A DNA stretch of 64,000 nucleotides from Planctomycetota bacterium (GCA_965223545.1 OZ245006.1:4160001-4224000); one strand, 5' to 3'; shown: positions 48,320-58,572, numbered from the stretch's first letter. Numbers and translations are program-made. Notes: generated by a model not told the origin, from the letters alone.

Positions 48320-49711
48320 CTACGTCCCGGTGCCGCGCAGAACCACTCCGAACGTCCGCAGCATCAGCTTGAAGTCCATGCTCAACGACCAGTGGTCCAC
48401 GTAGTAGAGGTCCATCGCCACCCACTGGTCGAAGGACACGCGGGCGGTCCGGCCGGTGACCTGCCACAGGCCGGTGATGCCTGGCGGGACCGACATCCGC
48501 CGCCGGTGCCAGAGGTCGTACTTGGCGACCTCCTCGGGGATCGGCGGCCGCGGACCGACTAGGCTCATGTTGCCGATCAGCACGTTGAACAGCTGCGGCA
48601 GCTCGTCCAGACCGTGCTTGCGCAGCAGGCGCCCGATTCTGGTGATGCGCGGGTCGTCCTTGATCTTGAACGCGGCACCTTGCTGTTCGTTCTTGGCGGC
48701 GAGCTCGGCCTGCATCCGCTCGGCGCCGACACACATCGTGCGGAACTTGAAGCAGGCGAACGCGCGGCCGTGCCGTCCGAGCCGCTCCTGCACGAACAGC
48801 ACGGGGCCGCGGTCCTGCAGCTTGATGGCGATGGCGATCGCCAGCATCACCGGTGAGAGCAGGATCAGCGCCACCCCCGACACGGCGAGGTCGATGCCGC
48901 GCTTGGCGACCACGCGCCACGGTGTCGAACGCCGGTGGCGGAACGTCAGCGCGGGGATCTCGCCGTACCACGCCAGCGCCGGCACCAGATCGTGAGCGGC
49001 GAGGAAGCCGGGGGCGTAGTGGCAGCGGATGCCCGCCTCGCTGCACACTTCGAAGACCTTCAGCACGTCGGCGTTGCGGGCGTCGTCGGGTGGGCAGAGC
49101 AGGACGTAGTCGACGTGGTGCCGCAGCAGGACCCGCTCGAGATCGGCGATGCCGCCCATGCTGCGCACGTCGTCGAGCTCGTGCTCGCCCTCGCCGAGCG
49201 GAATGCCGCCGAGGATGACGATGCCGTATTGCGGGTTGTCCCGGAGCTCGCGCCGGAGCCGGACGGCGGACTCGCCGCCGCCGACGAACAGCGCGCGGCG
49301 GTAGTTGAGGCCGCGGAGACGGATGCGGCGCAGCGAGAAGCGCAGCGTGACGCGGAGCGTCGCCAGTCCCAGGTAGCCGGTCACCGCCGCGATCAGCGGC
49401 TCGAACGCCGGGGCCCCGTGCGCGATCTGGGCGAACAGGACGGTGAGGCCCAGCGTTGCGACCCAGGTCTCCGCCAGCGCCAGCAGTTCCAGGCGCGAGC
49501 CTTGGGTGCGGCGCGATCGATAGAGGCCCAGCCGCGCCGACAGCACCAGCCAGGCGACGGCGGCGACCGCGATCTGCCAGCCGCAGTCGGCCCAGGAACC
49601 CGCGCTTCCGGCCGCCAGATAACGCCGCGAGAACGCCACCGCCGTGCCGACCAACAACAAGTCGTTGGTCACCAGAACGCGGTGCAGTGCGAGGTGGTGG
49701 CTCTGCAGCAT
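48320..49711 (-). CDS. Polyprenyl-phosphate glycosylphosphotransferase (WcaJ-like priming sugar transferase)
   Basis: KRGID, FKFRTM, DPRITRIGRLLRK..LDELPQLFNVL.G.MSLVGPRP, PGITGLWQV; the start may be further upstream. Confidence 0.93.
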   Translation of the reverse strand: MLQSHHLALHRVLVTNDLLLVGTAVAFSRRYLAAGSAGSWADCGWQIAVAAVAWLVLSARLGLYRSRRTQGSRLELLALAETWVATLGLTVLFAQIAHGAPAFEPLIAAVTGYLGLATLRVTLRFSLRRIRLRGLNYRRALFVGGGESAVRLRRELRDNPQYGIVILGGIPLGEGEHELDDVRSMGGIADLERVLLRHHVDYVLLCPPDDARNADVLKVFEVCSEAGIRCHYAPGFLAAHDLVPALAWYGEIPALTFRHRRSTPWRVVAKRGIDLAVSGVALILLSPVMLAIAIAIKLQDRGPVLFVQERLGRHGRAFACFKFRTMCVGAERMQAELAAKNEQQGAAFKIKDDPRITRIGRLLRKHGLDELPQLFNVLIGNMSLVGPRPPIPEEVAKYDLWHRRRMSVPPGITGLWQVTGRTARVSFDQWVAMDLYYVDHWSLSMDFKLMLRTFGVVLRGTGT

Positions 49712-50087
49712 GCGGCGGAAGAGGGGCCCGGGTGCGCGGCGAGGTGTGCGAGGTGGGTCGCGGTCCGCTCCGCCCGGCGGTCGGCGCCGGGCGGGAGCGG
49801 TTCGCGGCCGCTGGATCGCCGACGAGGCGTTCCAATCCTCAGTGTAGCTCCGGGTCGTGCCGCGCGGCAACGAGCGCGTCGCCGAGCGGACCGTACGATT
49901 CCGTGGCACGGGCCGGTTGGTCGGTCGGGGTGGCCTCCGGCGGGGCCATCGGTTTTTCTACACTGCCCGGGGCCGCCAGCCGATCCAGCGAGTAGCGCCG
50001 CATGTCCCCCATCGACCCAACGACCCCCCTGTCATCTTGGCCCCCCAACGCTCGCCGAGCGGATGTCCGCGTCGACGAGGCAGCGCC

Positions 50088-50864
50088 ATGAGGGTCGGGA
50101 TCCTCGCCGGCGGCTTCGGCTCGCGGTTGGCCGAAGAAACCGAGATTCGGCCCAAGCCCATGGTCGAGATCGGTGGTCGTCCGATTCTGTGGCACATCAT
50201 GCGCCACTACGCATCATTCGGACACACCGAGTTCGTCATCGCGCTCGGCTACAAGGGAGAGCTGATCAAGAAGTTCTTCGCCGACTACTGCGCCCTGGGC
50301 GGCAACGTCACCGTCGATTTCGGTGCGCGCTCGGTGCGCAGCCATGGACGCGAGCAGCTCGAGTGGAAGGTCGACCTGATCGAGACCGGTCCGAGCACGC
50401 TCACCGGCGGCCGGATCAAGCGGTTGGCGCCGTACCTTGGCGACGAGACGTTCATGGTCACCTGGGGTGACGGCGTCAGCAACGTCGACGTCGACAAGCT
50501 GGTCGCGTTCCACAAGGCGCACGGCAAGCTGGCGACCGTGACGGCGGTGCGGCCGCCGGCACGCTACGGTCGGTTGGAGATCGAGGACGGTCGGGTGGTG
50601 GACTTCTCCGAGAAGCCGCAGCTCGCCGAGGGCTGGATCAACGGTGCTTTCTTCGTGCTCGAGCCCGGGGTCTTCGATTACATCGATGGCGATGACACCA
50701 TGTGGGAGCACGCGCCGCTCGAGCGCCTGGCGCGGCACGGCCAGCTGATGGCGTACGAGCACGCCGGCTTCTGGCAGTGCATGGACACGCTGCGCGAGAA
50801 GCGAATCCTCGAGAACCTGTGGGCCTCCGGCTCGGCACCCTGGAAGACCTGGAGCGACGACTGA
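50088..50864 (+). CDS. rfbF: Glucose-1-phosphate cytidylyltransferase
   Basis: [30 protein letters not shown] and [11 protein letters not shown]. Confidence 0.95.
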   Translation: MRVGILAGGFGSRLAEETEIRPKPMVEIGGRPILWHIMRHYASFGHTEFVIALGYKGELIKKFFADYCALGGNVTVDFGARSVRSHGREQLEWKVDLIETGPSTLTGGRIKRLAPYLGDETFMVTWGDGVSNVDVDKLVAFHKAHGKLATVTAVRPPARYGRLEIEDGRVVDFSEKPQLAEGWINGAFFVLEPGVFDYIDGDDTMWEHAPLERLARHGQLMAYEHAGFWQCMDTLREKRILENLWASGSAPWKTWSDD

Positions 50865-51895
50865 TGCGAGTCTTGATCACCGGCCACGAGGGCTACATCG
50901 GCGCGGTCTTGGTGCCGCTGACGCAGGCCGCTGGGCACCAGGTGGTGGGGCTGGACAACGGTCTGTTCCGCGGTTGCACGTTCGGCGCCGAGCCGCCTGC
51001 GCTCGAGGAGCTGGACATGGACGTCCGCGACGTCGAGGAGGAGCACCTGCGCGGATTCGACGCGGTGTTCCATCTCGCCGGCCTGTCCAACGATCCGCTC
51101 GGCGACCTGCAGCCACAGCTCACCTACGACATCAACCACATCGCCTCGGTGCGGTTGGCGGAGAAGGCGCGCGCTGCAGGCGTGCAGCGGTTCGTGTTCT
51201 CGTCGTCGTGCAGCAACTACGGTGCCGCCGAGGACGGGCTGTTGGACGAGAGCTCGGCGTTCAATCCGGTGACGCCGTACGGCGAGTCCAAGGTGCGCTC
51301 CGAGCAAGACATCGCCAAGCTCGCCACCGACGAGTTCTCGCCGACCTTCCTGCGCAACGCCACGGCCTACGGCCTCTCGTCGCGGCTGCGCGGCGACTTG
51401 GTGGTCAACAATCTGACCGGTTACGCGTTCACCACCGGCAAGGTGCTGTTGAAGAGCGCCGGCACCTCGTGGCGGCCACTGGTCCACATCGAGGACATCT
51501 CGCGCGCGTTCCTCGCCGTGCTGCACGCGCCGCGCGAGAAGGTGCACAACGAGGCGTTCAACGTCGGCCGCACCGCCGAGAACTACCGGATTCGCGATGT
51601 CGCCGAGCTGGTCGCCGACATCGTGCCCAACAGCACCGTGGAGTTTGCCGAAGGCGCAAGCCCCGACAAGCGCAACTACAACGTCAGCTGCGACAAGATC
51701 TGCGAGGTGCTGCCCGAGTACCAGCCGACGTGGACCGTGGCGGCCGGCATCCGCGAGATGTACGACGCGTTCTCGCGCGAGAAGTTGACCTACGACCAGT
51801 TCGTCAGCCCCAGGTTCCTGCGCATCAAGCACGTGCTGCAGCTGCGCGGCGAGGGCCGGTTGGACGACGACCTTCGCCTGAACGGCACTGCCTGA
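50864..51895 (+). CDS. NAD-dependent epimerase/dehydratase (extended SDR)
   Basis: [29 protein letters not shown] and RNATAYG. Confidence 0.92.
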   Translation: MRVLITGHEGYIGAVLVPLTQAAGHQVVGLDNGLFRGCTFGAEPPALEELDMDVRDVEEEHLRGFDAVFHLAGLSNDPLGDLQPQLTYDINHIASVRLAEKARAAGVQRFVFSSSCSNYGAAEDGLLDESSAFNPVTPYGESKVRSEQDIAKLATDEFSPTFLRNATAYGLSSRLRGDLVVNNLTGYAFTTGKVLLKSAGTSWRPLVHIEDISRAFLAVLHAPREKVHNEAFNVGRTAENYRIRDVAELVADIVPNSTVEFAEGASPDKRNYNVSCDKICEVLPEYQPTWTVAAGIREMYDAFSREKLTYDQFVSPRFLRIKHVLQLRGEGRLDDDLRLNGTA

Positions 51896-51905
51896 GCTGT
51901 CCGCG

Positions 51906-53162
51906 ATGCAGCCGGCCTGCCGTTCTTGCGGGAGCAGCGCCCTCGAGCGCTTCCTCGATCTCGGCCGGTTGCCGCTGCCGGACGCGCTGCGCCTGCCCGA
52001 CCAGATTGGCGCACCGCAGGCGCGCTACCCGCTACAGGTCTCGTTCTGCTCGAGCTGCAGCTTGGTGCAGATCACCGAGGAGGTCGATCCCGGCGAGATG
52101 TTCGTCGAGAACTACCACTACTTCTCCTCGTTCAGCGAGGACCTGCTGCGCCACTCCAAGGCCAACGTCGACGAGCTGATCGCGGCCCGCGGGTTGGGCG
52201 AGAACAGCCTGGTGGTGGAGCTGGCGAGCAACGACGGCTACCTGTTGCAGTTCTTCGCGGCGGCCGGTGTGCCGGTGCTCGGCATCGACCCTTCCCCCGG
52301 ACCGGCGGCCGCGGCGGTGAAGCGCGGGATCCCCACGCTGCAGCAGTTCTTCAGCGCCGAGCTGGCAGAGCAGCTGCGCGCCGAGGGCAAGCAGGCCGAT
52401 GTGATCGTCGCCAACAACGTCCTGGCGCACGTGCCCGACACCAATGGCTTCGTCAGTGGCATCGCCAAGCTGCTCGCGCCGCACGGCACCACGTCGATCG
52501 AGGCGCCGTACGTGCGCGACCTGATCGACCACTGTGAGTTCGACACGATCTACCACGAGCACTTGTGCTACTTCTCGGTGACGGCGGTGCAGGCCCTGTG
52601 CGCACGCCATGGCCTGCACCTCAACCGGGTGCGGCACCTCGAGATCCACGGGGGCTCGTTGCGCTACTACGCCAGCCCCACGGCGGACCCGGACGGCTCG
52701 GTGGAGCGCTACCTCGCCGAAGAGCGGCAGAGCGGTTTGGATCGGTTCGACTACTACGCCGACTTCGCCGGCCGCGTGCGCGATCTGAAGCAGCGCCTGT
52801 TGGCGCTGGTCCGCGGCCTGGTCGCCGACGGCAAGCGCGTGGCGGCGTACGGAGCGGCGGCCAAGGGCGCGATCATGCTCAACTACGTCGGCCTGGACGA
52901 TTCCCTGATCGACTTCGTGGTCGACCGCAACGTGCACAAGCAGGGGCGCTACATGCCCGGAGTCGACGTGCCGATCCTGCCGCCGCAGGCGTTGCTCGAG
53001 CGAGGTCCCGACTACGTCTTGATTCTGCCGTGGAACTTCCGCGACGAGATCGTGCGCCAGCAGCGCGAGTACGCGAGCCGCGGCGGGCGGTTCATCGTGC
53101 CGGTGCCCGAGCCGGTGGTCCTGGCCGGTGACCCCGCGGTCCCGATCGAGCACCGCGGATGA
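51906..53162 (+). CDS. NDP-hexose C-methyltransferase family protein
   Basis: CRSC/C..C zinc site, ELASNDGYLL, NNVLAHVP, FDTIYHEH, HGGSLR, YGAAAKG and LPWNF. Confidence 0.92.
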   Translation: MQPACRSCGSSALERFLDLGRLPLPDALRLPDQIGAPQARYPLQVSFCSSCSLVQITEEVDPGEMFVENYHYFSSFSEDLLRHSKANVDELIAARGLGENSLVVELASNDGYLLQFFAAAGVPVLGIDPSPGPAAAAVKRGIPTLQQFFSAELAEQLRAEGKQADVIVANNVLAHVPDTNGFVSGIAKLLAPHGTTSIEAPYVRDLIDHCEFDTIYHEHLCYFSVTAVQALCARHGLHLNRVRHLEIHGGSLRYYASPTADPDGSVERYLAEERQSGLDRFDYYADFAGRVRDLKQRLLALVRGLVADGKRVAAYGAAAKGAIMLNYVGLDDSLIDFVVDRNVHKQGRYMPGVDVPILPPQALLERGPDYVLILPWNFRDEIVRQQREYASRGGRFIVPVPEPVVLAGDPAVPIEHRG

Positions 53163-54334
53163 CCGTCGCCTGCTTTGCCTGCGGCTCTGACCGCACCCGT
53201 GTCTTCCACTCGGTAGACGGGGTGCCGGTGCACAGCTGTCTGTTGATGGAGTCGCGCGCGGCGGCGCGCGCGTATCCGCGGGGAGATCTGCGCATCGCGT
53301 TCTGCCAGCACTGTGGCTTCATTCAGAACTCCGCGTTCGACCCGAGTGTGCACGAGTACTCGCAGCGCTATGAAGAGACGCAGGCGTTCTCGCCGCGGTT
53401 CATGCAGCTGGTCGCCGAGCTGACCGAGCACTACGACCAGCGCTACGCGCTGGCCGGCAAGACCGTCTTGGAGATCGGTTGTGGCAAGGGCGAGTTCTTG
53501 GTCGCGCTTTGCGAAGCCGCTGGCTGCTCCGGCATCGGCATCGACCCGGGCTATCGCCCGGAGCGCACGACGAGCCCTGCGCGCGATCGCATCGAGTTCA
53601 TCGTCGACTTCTACTCGCGCGACTACGCGCACCTGCAGGCCGACATGGTGTTGTGCCGGCACACGCTCGAGCACATCCAACCGACCCGCGACTTCGTGTC
53701 GATGGTCCGCGACGCGGTCGGTGACGTGCCCGCGACCGTGGTCGCGTTCGAGCTGCCGGACATGGAGCGGATCCTGGCGGAGCAGGCATTCTGGGACATC
53801 TACTACGAGCACTGCTCCTACTTCACGCTCGGTTCGCTGGCGCGGCTGTTCCGCCGCTGTGGGTTCGAGATCCTGGAGCTGACCAAGTGCTTCGATGACC
53901 AGTACCTGCTGCTCGACGCGAGGCCGACCTCGGCTGCGACTCCGCCGGCCCACGCGGCCGAGGAAGACGTCGAGCACCTGCGCGGGTTGGTGGCTGGGTT
54001 CGAACGGGGGTTGGCCGAGAAGATGGCCGGCTGGCGCGCGTTCTTCGAGGGGGCCGCGCGGCGCGGCGAGCCCGTCGTGCTCTGGGGGTCCGGCTCCAAG
54101 GCGGTCGCGTTCCTGTGCGAGCTGCAGCTGGGCGACGCGATCGACTGCGTCACCGATATCAATCCGCACAAGCATGGCAAGTTCATGCCGGGCACGGGGC
54201 ACGAGATCGTCGCTCCCGAGGCGCTGGCCGGCCGGCGACCCGCGCACGTCGTGGCGATGAACCCGATCTACTCTGACGAGATTCGGGCCGAGCTCGATCG
54301 TCTCGGCGTGGCCGCCGAGCTGCACGCCGTGTGA
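53159..54334 (+). CDS. Class I SAM methyltransferase (C-methyltransferase family)
   Basis: CFAC/C.HC, EIGCGKG, RHTLEH, DIYYEH and WGSGSK. Confidence 0.9.
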   Translation: MTVACFACGSDRTRVFHSVDGVPVHSCLLMESRAAARAYPRGDLRIAFCQHCGFIQNSAFDPSVHEYSQRYEETQAFSPRFMQLVAELTEHYDQRYALAGKTVLEIGCGKGEFLVALCEAAGCSGIGIDPGYRPERTTSPARDRIEFIVDFYSRDYAHLQADMVLCRHTLEHIQPTRDFVSMVRDAVGDVPATVVAFELPDMERILAEQAFWDIYYEHCSYFTLGSLARLFRRCGFEILELTKCFDDQYLLLDARPTSAATPPAHAAEEDVEHLRGLVAGFERGLAEKMAGWRAFFEGAARRGEPVVLWGSGSKAVAFLCELQLGDAIDCVTDINPHKHGKFMPGTGHEIVAPEALAGRRPAHVVAMNPIYSDEIRAELDRLGVAAELHAV

Positions 54335-55494
54335 TGGCCGCTGCCGCGCGACGATGTCCGGTTTGCCGCGCCGCCGGTGGCGATGAGTTCTTCGCCGCCG
54401 AAGCGGTCCCGGTGCACTGCAACGTATTGCATGGCGACGCCGGCGCGGCCCGACAGGCGCCGCGCGGAGACCTTCGCCTGGTGTTCTGCGCCGACTGCGG
54501 CCTCATCTACAACGCGGCGTTCGAGCCGGCGCTGGTGGCGTACTCGCCGGACTACGAGAACTCGCTGCACTGCTCGCCGCGGTTCGCCGACTACGCCGCG
54601 GAGCTGGCGCAGCGGTTGCTCGCCGAACAGGGCGCGGATCGGCGGCGCGTGTTGGAGATCGGCTGTGGCAAGGGTGATTTCTTGGCGCAGCTGTCGGCGG
54701 CGGGAGCCACCGCGTGCTTGGGATTTGATGCGTCGTACGACGGCCGGCACGGCGCCGGGCTGGAGATCGTGCGCTCGGGCTGGGATCCGGATCGGGCGGC
54801 GTCGTTTGCGCCGGACCTGGTGGTTTGCCGGCACGTGTTGGAGCACATCGAGACCCCGGTGGAGTTCTTGCGCGGCGTCCGCGGCGCGCTGCCCGCGGGT
54901 TGTCGCGCGTACTTCGAAGTGCCGGACACCATGTTCACGCTGCGCGACCTGGGCGTGTGGGACGTCATCTACGAACACTGCGTCTATTTCACTGCGCCGT
55001 CGCTGTGGCGCGCGTTCAGCGAAGCGGGGTGGTCGGTGCGCGGTGTCGACAGCGCGTTCGGGGGGCAGTTCTTGTGGCTGGAAGCCAGCGTCAGCGGTGC
55101 CGGCCGGTTCGACCCCGACCCCGGCGAGCGCGCGCGGCTGCCCGAGCTGATCGACCGGTTCGCCGCCGAGCACCGGCGCGTCGTCGCGCGCTGGAGCGAG
55201 ACCCTGGCGGAGCTCGAAGTCGCGGGCAACGGTGTCGCGGTCTGGGGCGTCGGGTCCAAAGGTGTGACATTCCTCAACACCGTCGACCGCGCCGCGGGAA
55301 TCGATGTCGCGATCGACATCAATCCGCGCAAGGTGGGGCGTTTCGTGCCCGGTACGGGGCACCGCGTCGAGGCGCCCGAGGCTCTGGTCGGTGCTGGGGT
55401 CGGCACGGTCTTGGCGATGAATCCCAACTACCGCGAGGAGATCGCGGGCCGGCTCGCAGAGCTCGGGGTCAGGGCCGACGTGGTCTGTGTTTGA
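54334..55494 (+). CDS. Class I SAM methyltransferase (C-methyltransferase family), paralog of the previous gene
   Basis: CPVC/CADC, EIGCGKG, RHVLEH, DVIYEH and WGVGSKG. Confidence 0.9.
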   Translation: MAAAARRCPVCRAAGGDEFFAAEAVPVHCNVLHGDAGAARQAPRGDLRLVFCADCGLIYNAAFEPALVAYSPDYENSLHCSPRFADYAAELAQRLLAEQGADRRRVLEIGCGKGDFLAQLSAAGATACLGFDASYDGRHGAGLEIVRSGWDPDRAASFAPDLVVCRHVLEHIETPVEFLRGVRGALPAGCRAYFEVPDTMFTLRDLGVWDVIYEHCVYFTAPSLWRAFSEAGWSVRGVDSAFGGQFLWLEASVSGAGRFDPDPGERARLPELIDRFAAEHRRVVARWSETLAELEVAGNGVAVWGVGSKGVTFLNTVDRAAGIDVAIDINPRKVGRFVPGTGHRVEAPEALVGAGVGTVLAMNPNYREEIAGRLAELGVRADVVCV

Positions 55495-55548
55495 GGCCGG
55501 GCCGGGGGCGGCTGTGGTTGGCAGCGGCCAAGTGCCGATAGCATCGAG

Positions 55549-55788
55549 GTGGAGCGGTTCGGCGACAGAATCGAGCGGGCACGTGCCGGGCGGGACCTCG
55601 GTGTTGCGCGCGCTCGCCAGCGGTTGCAGCTGGCGTTGTGCGCGTTGACGGTGCGTGTGCGGCAGCAGCCCCGGGCACTGGACACGGAGGCGGCTGCGGC
55701 GGCCGCCGCGGCCGCCCACGCGGACTACCTCGATCGGCAGCGCGCTCGCCTCGGCTTGCTGCGTGCACTGCGGCGGAGGCAATCGTGA
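55549..55788 (+). CDS. Small helical protein, possible FliJ remnant
   Basis: Sits where fliJ normally precedes motE/ylxF and is GTGA-coupled to the next gene; sequence similarity is weak. Confidence 0.3.
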   Translation: MERFGDRIERARAGRDLGVARARQRLQLALCALTVRVRQQPRALDTEAAAAAAAAAHADYLDRQRARLGLLRALRRRQS

Positions 55789-56585
55789 AGCGAGCCGGCG
55801 TCATGACCGCGGTCGGTGTGCTGTTGTTCGTGGCGACCATCTTCGTCCTGCTCGCGTTGCAGGGGCGGCTCGACTACGCGGGGACGCGGGGCATTCCGCT
55901 GGTGCAGAGCCTGTTCTCCAAGCCGTCCTCGGCGACCGACGCGTCGCGGACGGCGCGGCCGCGCGCGCTACCGCCGGCGCCGGCGGCGGAGCCGGCGCTC
56001 GATGCCGCCAAGCAGCAGCAATTCGAAGCCCGAGTCGAGGCGTTGACCGATCCCGGTCGCCAACCGCAAACCGGCTTGTTTCAGCTGCCGCTGTTGGAGT
56101 CCGGCCTGTCGGCCGCCGATCTCGACGAGATGGCGCGGGCCGCGCGCGAGCAGCGAGAGTCGCTGGCCCGGCGGGAGGCGGCCCTCGACCACCGCGAGGA
56201 GCAGCTCGCGGCGCGGGAGGACGACGTCACCAGGCGACACGGCGAGGTGCAGTCGCTGATGCGCGACGTGGTCGATGCACGGCAGCAGCTGATGGAGGAA
56301 CGCCGCGAGCTGGGTCGCCTGTACACCTTCATCGATGAGAGCGAGGAGTCGCGCTACCGAGAGCAAGCCCGGTTCCTGGCCGGTCAAGATCGCGTGCAGG
56401 CGGGCGGCGTGGTGCGCGAGATGTGGCGCAGCGAGAGTGGCCGCACTGACGCCGTGCGCATGCTGCGGCTCATGCAGGCCGAGGATCGCGACGAAATCCT
56501 CGCGGTCTTGTCGGCTGCCGAGCTGCGCGACATCGTCGCGCGGCTCGCCAACGCCGTGATCGTACCGGCGGGAGACAAGCAATGA
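55785..56585 (+). CDS. MotE/YlxF/FlbB-like protein (TM helix, coiled coil, MgtE-N-like domain)
   Basis: N-terminal TM helix, long coiled coil and C-terminal AVRMLRLMQAEDRDEILAVL; upstream of fliL. Confidence 0.6.
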   Translation: MKRAGVMTAVGVLLFVATIFVLLALQGRLDYAGTRGIPLVQSLFSKPSSATDASRTARPRALPPAPAAEPALDAAKQQQFEARVEALTDPGRQPQTGLFQLPLLESGLSAADLDEMARAAREQRESLARREAALDHREEQLAAREDDVTRRHGEVQSLMRDVVDARQQLMEERRELGRLYTFIDESEESRYREQARFLAGQDRVQAGGVVREMWRSESGRTDAVRMLRLMQAEDRDEILAVLSAAELRDIVARLANAVIVPAGDKQ

Positions 56586-56615
56586 TCGCGTCGAGCGGAA
56601 CGCGGGAGGTGCAAC

Positions 56616-57158
56616 GTGGCACTTGATGCGCAGAAGTGGGGGCGCGCGCGACGCACGTCGTGGTTGGTGCTGACGGTCGTTGGCGCCGCGGTCGGAGCCG
56701 CGGCGGTCGTGGTCATCACTCCGCGGTCCGGCGCTGGCGAGCAGCAGCCGGTGTCCAAGGCGGTGTCGCTCTACGACCACCCCCGGCCGATGGAGTTCAC
56801 CTTCAACCCGATCGTCGACCGTGGACACAAGACCGCCTTGATCACTTTCAAGTTCAGCTACCGGGCGGACACTTTCGACATCTATGGCGATCGCGACCCG
56901 GAGGTCGGCGAGCGCGAGCGTCTGAAACTGGACATCGCCGCCCTGGGCGTCGTGCCGAAGAGGATCGAGCGCCACTGGGACCGCGCCTACTCGCGGTGCC
57001 TGGAGATGCTCACCAACCAGCGTGCCGAGACGCTGATGGACCCCAAGGGCAAGGTCCTGATCAAGCGGATGCTGCGGGACGAGCTCACCAGCAGCTTGTT
57101 TCCCGAGGGCGCCGCGCGCGTCGACGACATCCTGTGGACCAAGTTCGTGCTGCAATGA
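56616..57158 (+). CDS. fliL: FliL-like protein
   Basis: Single TM helix, EFTFNP, ETLMDPKGK.LIK..LRDEL and VDDILWTKFVLQ C-terminus; ATGA-coupled to fliM. Confidence 0.8.
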   Translation: MALDAQKWGRARRTSWLVLTVVGAAVGAAAVVVITPRSGAGEQQPVSKAVSLYDHPRPMEFTFNPIVDRGHKTALITFKFSYRADTFDIYGDRDPEVGERERLKLDIAALGVVPKRIERHWDRAYSRCLEMLTNQRAETLMDPKGKVLIKRMLRDELTSSLFPEGAARVDDILWTKFVLQ

Positions 57159-58153
57159 GCGAGCTGCTCTCCAACACCGAGATCGAGACCTTGCTCTTGG
57201 CGTTCCGCGCCGAGGGCGAGACGCTGCACGATGCGGTCGCGGCGCTGGAACGGCAGCGGCAGCCCAACCAGACCGGCCCACGCGCGCACGTCACCGAGGT
57301 CGACCTGCTGAAGCCGAACCGCTTCGCCCGCGACCAGGTGCGCCGCGTCGAGCGTTTGCTCAACGGCGCCGCCAAGGGCATCGCCGCGTCGTTGAGCGAC
57401 CGGCTGCGGCTCGAGGTCGGTTGCGATTGCGTCGCCGTCGAGCAGATGCGGTTCTCCACGTGGATGTCGCTGCTGGTCGACCCGGTGGCCATCTACATGC
57501 TCGATCTGCCGCCGCTGGAGACCCCGGTGCTGCTGACCGCCACGACCGACCTGCTGCACCGCGCGGTCGATCGGGTCATGGGCGGCGTCGGCCGGGGCGT
57601 GGCGGAACGCTGCGAGCTCACGGACGCCGAGTTCGCGGTCGTGGATGCGTTGATCGGACCGTGCCTCGACAAGCTTTGCCGCGCCCTGGAGGAACTCGGC
57701 CAGTTCGCGTGGAGCATCGAAGGGCGCACCTGCAACCCGACGACTGCCGAGATCTTCCCCGGGCAGGACGTCGTCCTCGCGGCGCACCTGCAGGTATCCA
57801 GCCAGCCGATGCTCGGCGACTTCCGCCTGGTCGTGCCGCACAGCGGGTTGGCGGCGCTGTTGGAGACGGTCGATCCATGGCCGGGGCCGAGCCAGGCCGC
57901 AAAGCCGGGGGCGATGCGCGCGGCCACGACGCGGTCGGTGCGCGGAGTCCCGGTGTCGCTGACGGTGGAGCTCGGCCGCTTGCAGCTGCAGCTCGGCCGG
58001 CTGCTGTCGATGCAGCCGGGCGACGTGCTGCCCCTCGGAGGGCGCGGTATCGAGTCCACGGTCGCCAAGGTGCAGGGCATGCCGAAGTTCCGCGGCAAGG
58101 TCGGCGTTCGCGGCCGTCAGTTGGCGTTCCAGGTGGTCGAAGTGGTGGAGTAG
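57155..58153 (+). CDS. fliM: Flagellar motor switch protein FliM
   Basis: LLSNTEIETLL (LSQxEIDALL-like), VDLLKPNRF, VDRVMGG.G, ELTDAE and C-terminal SpoA domain with MQPGDVL. Confidence 0.88.
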   Translation: MSELLSNTEIETLLLAFRAEGETLHDAVAALERQRQPNQTGPRAHVTEVDLLKPNRFARDQVRRVERLLNGAAKGIAASLSDRLRLEVGCDCVAVEQMRFSTWMSLLVDPVAIYMLDLPPLETPVLLTATTDLLHRAVDRVMGGVGRGVAERCELTDAEFAVVDALIGPCLDKLCRALEELGQFAWSIEGRTCNPTTAEIFPGQDVVLAAHLQVSSQPMLGDFRLVVPHSGLAALLETVDPWPGPSQAAKPGAMRAATTRSVRGVPVSLTVELGRLQLQLGRLLSMQPGDVLPLGGRGIESTVAKVQGMPKFRGKVGVRGRQLAFQVVEVVE

Positions 58154-58156
58154 GGC

Positions 58157-58519
58157 ATGACCGAAGAAGACAAACGCTCGCGGCCCAAGCGCAAACCGGC
58201 GCAACGCGCCCGGAGTCGCCCGGTCGAGTTCGAGCCGCTCGAAGAATCCATGACCGCCGGGGAGCGGCCCAATCTGGACCTCTTGATGGACGTCTCGATC
58301 CCGGTCTCCGTGGAGATCGGCCGCGCCGACGTCCACTTGCAAGAAGTGCTCGACCTGGTGCCGGGCAGCGTCGTCACGCTGGACAAGAAGGCGGACGAGC
58401 CGATCGATCTCCGCGTCAACGGCAAGCTGGTCGCGCGCGGAGAGGTGGTATTGGTCGACGACAGCTACGGCCTGCGCGTCACGCAGATCCTCGATCCTGT
58501 GCGCCGTATCGGCGAGTGA
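58157..58519 (+). CDS. fliN: Flagellar motor switch protein FliN
   Basis: NLDLLMDVSIPVSVEIGR, GSVVTLDK, VNGKLVARGEVVLVDDSYGLRVT. Confidence 0.95.
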   Translation: MTEEDKRSRPKRKPAQRARSRPVEFEPLEESMTAGERPNLDLLMDVSIPVSVEIGRADVHLQEVLDLVPGSVVTLDKKADEPIDLRVNGKLVARGEVVLVDDSYGLRVTQILDPVRRIGE

Positions 58520-58572
58520 GGATTCCCGGTGCCATCGAATGCGCAGGGCCGTACGTGCACAATAGATCCGTT

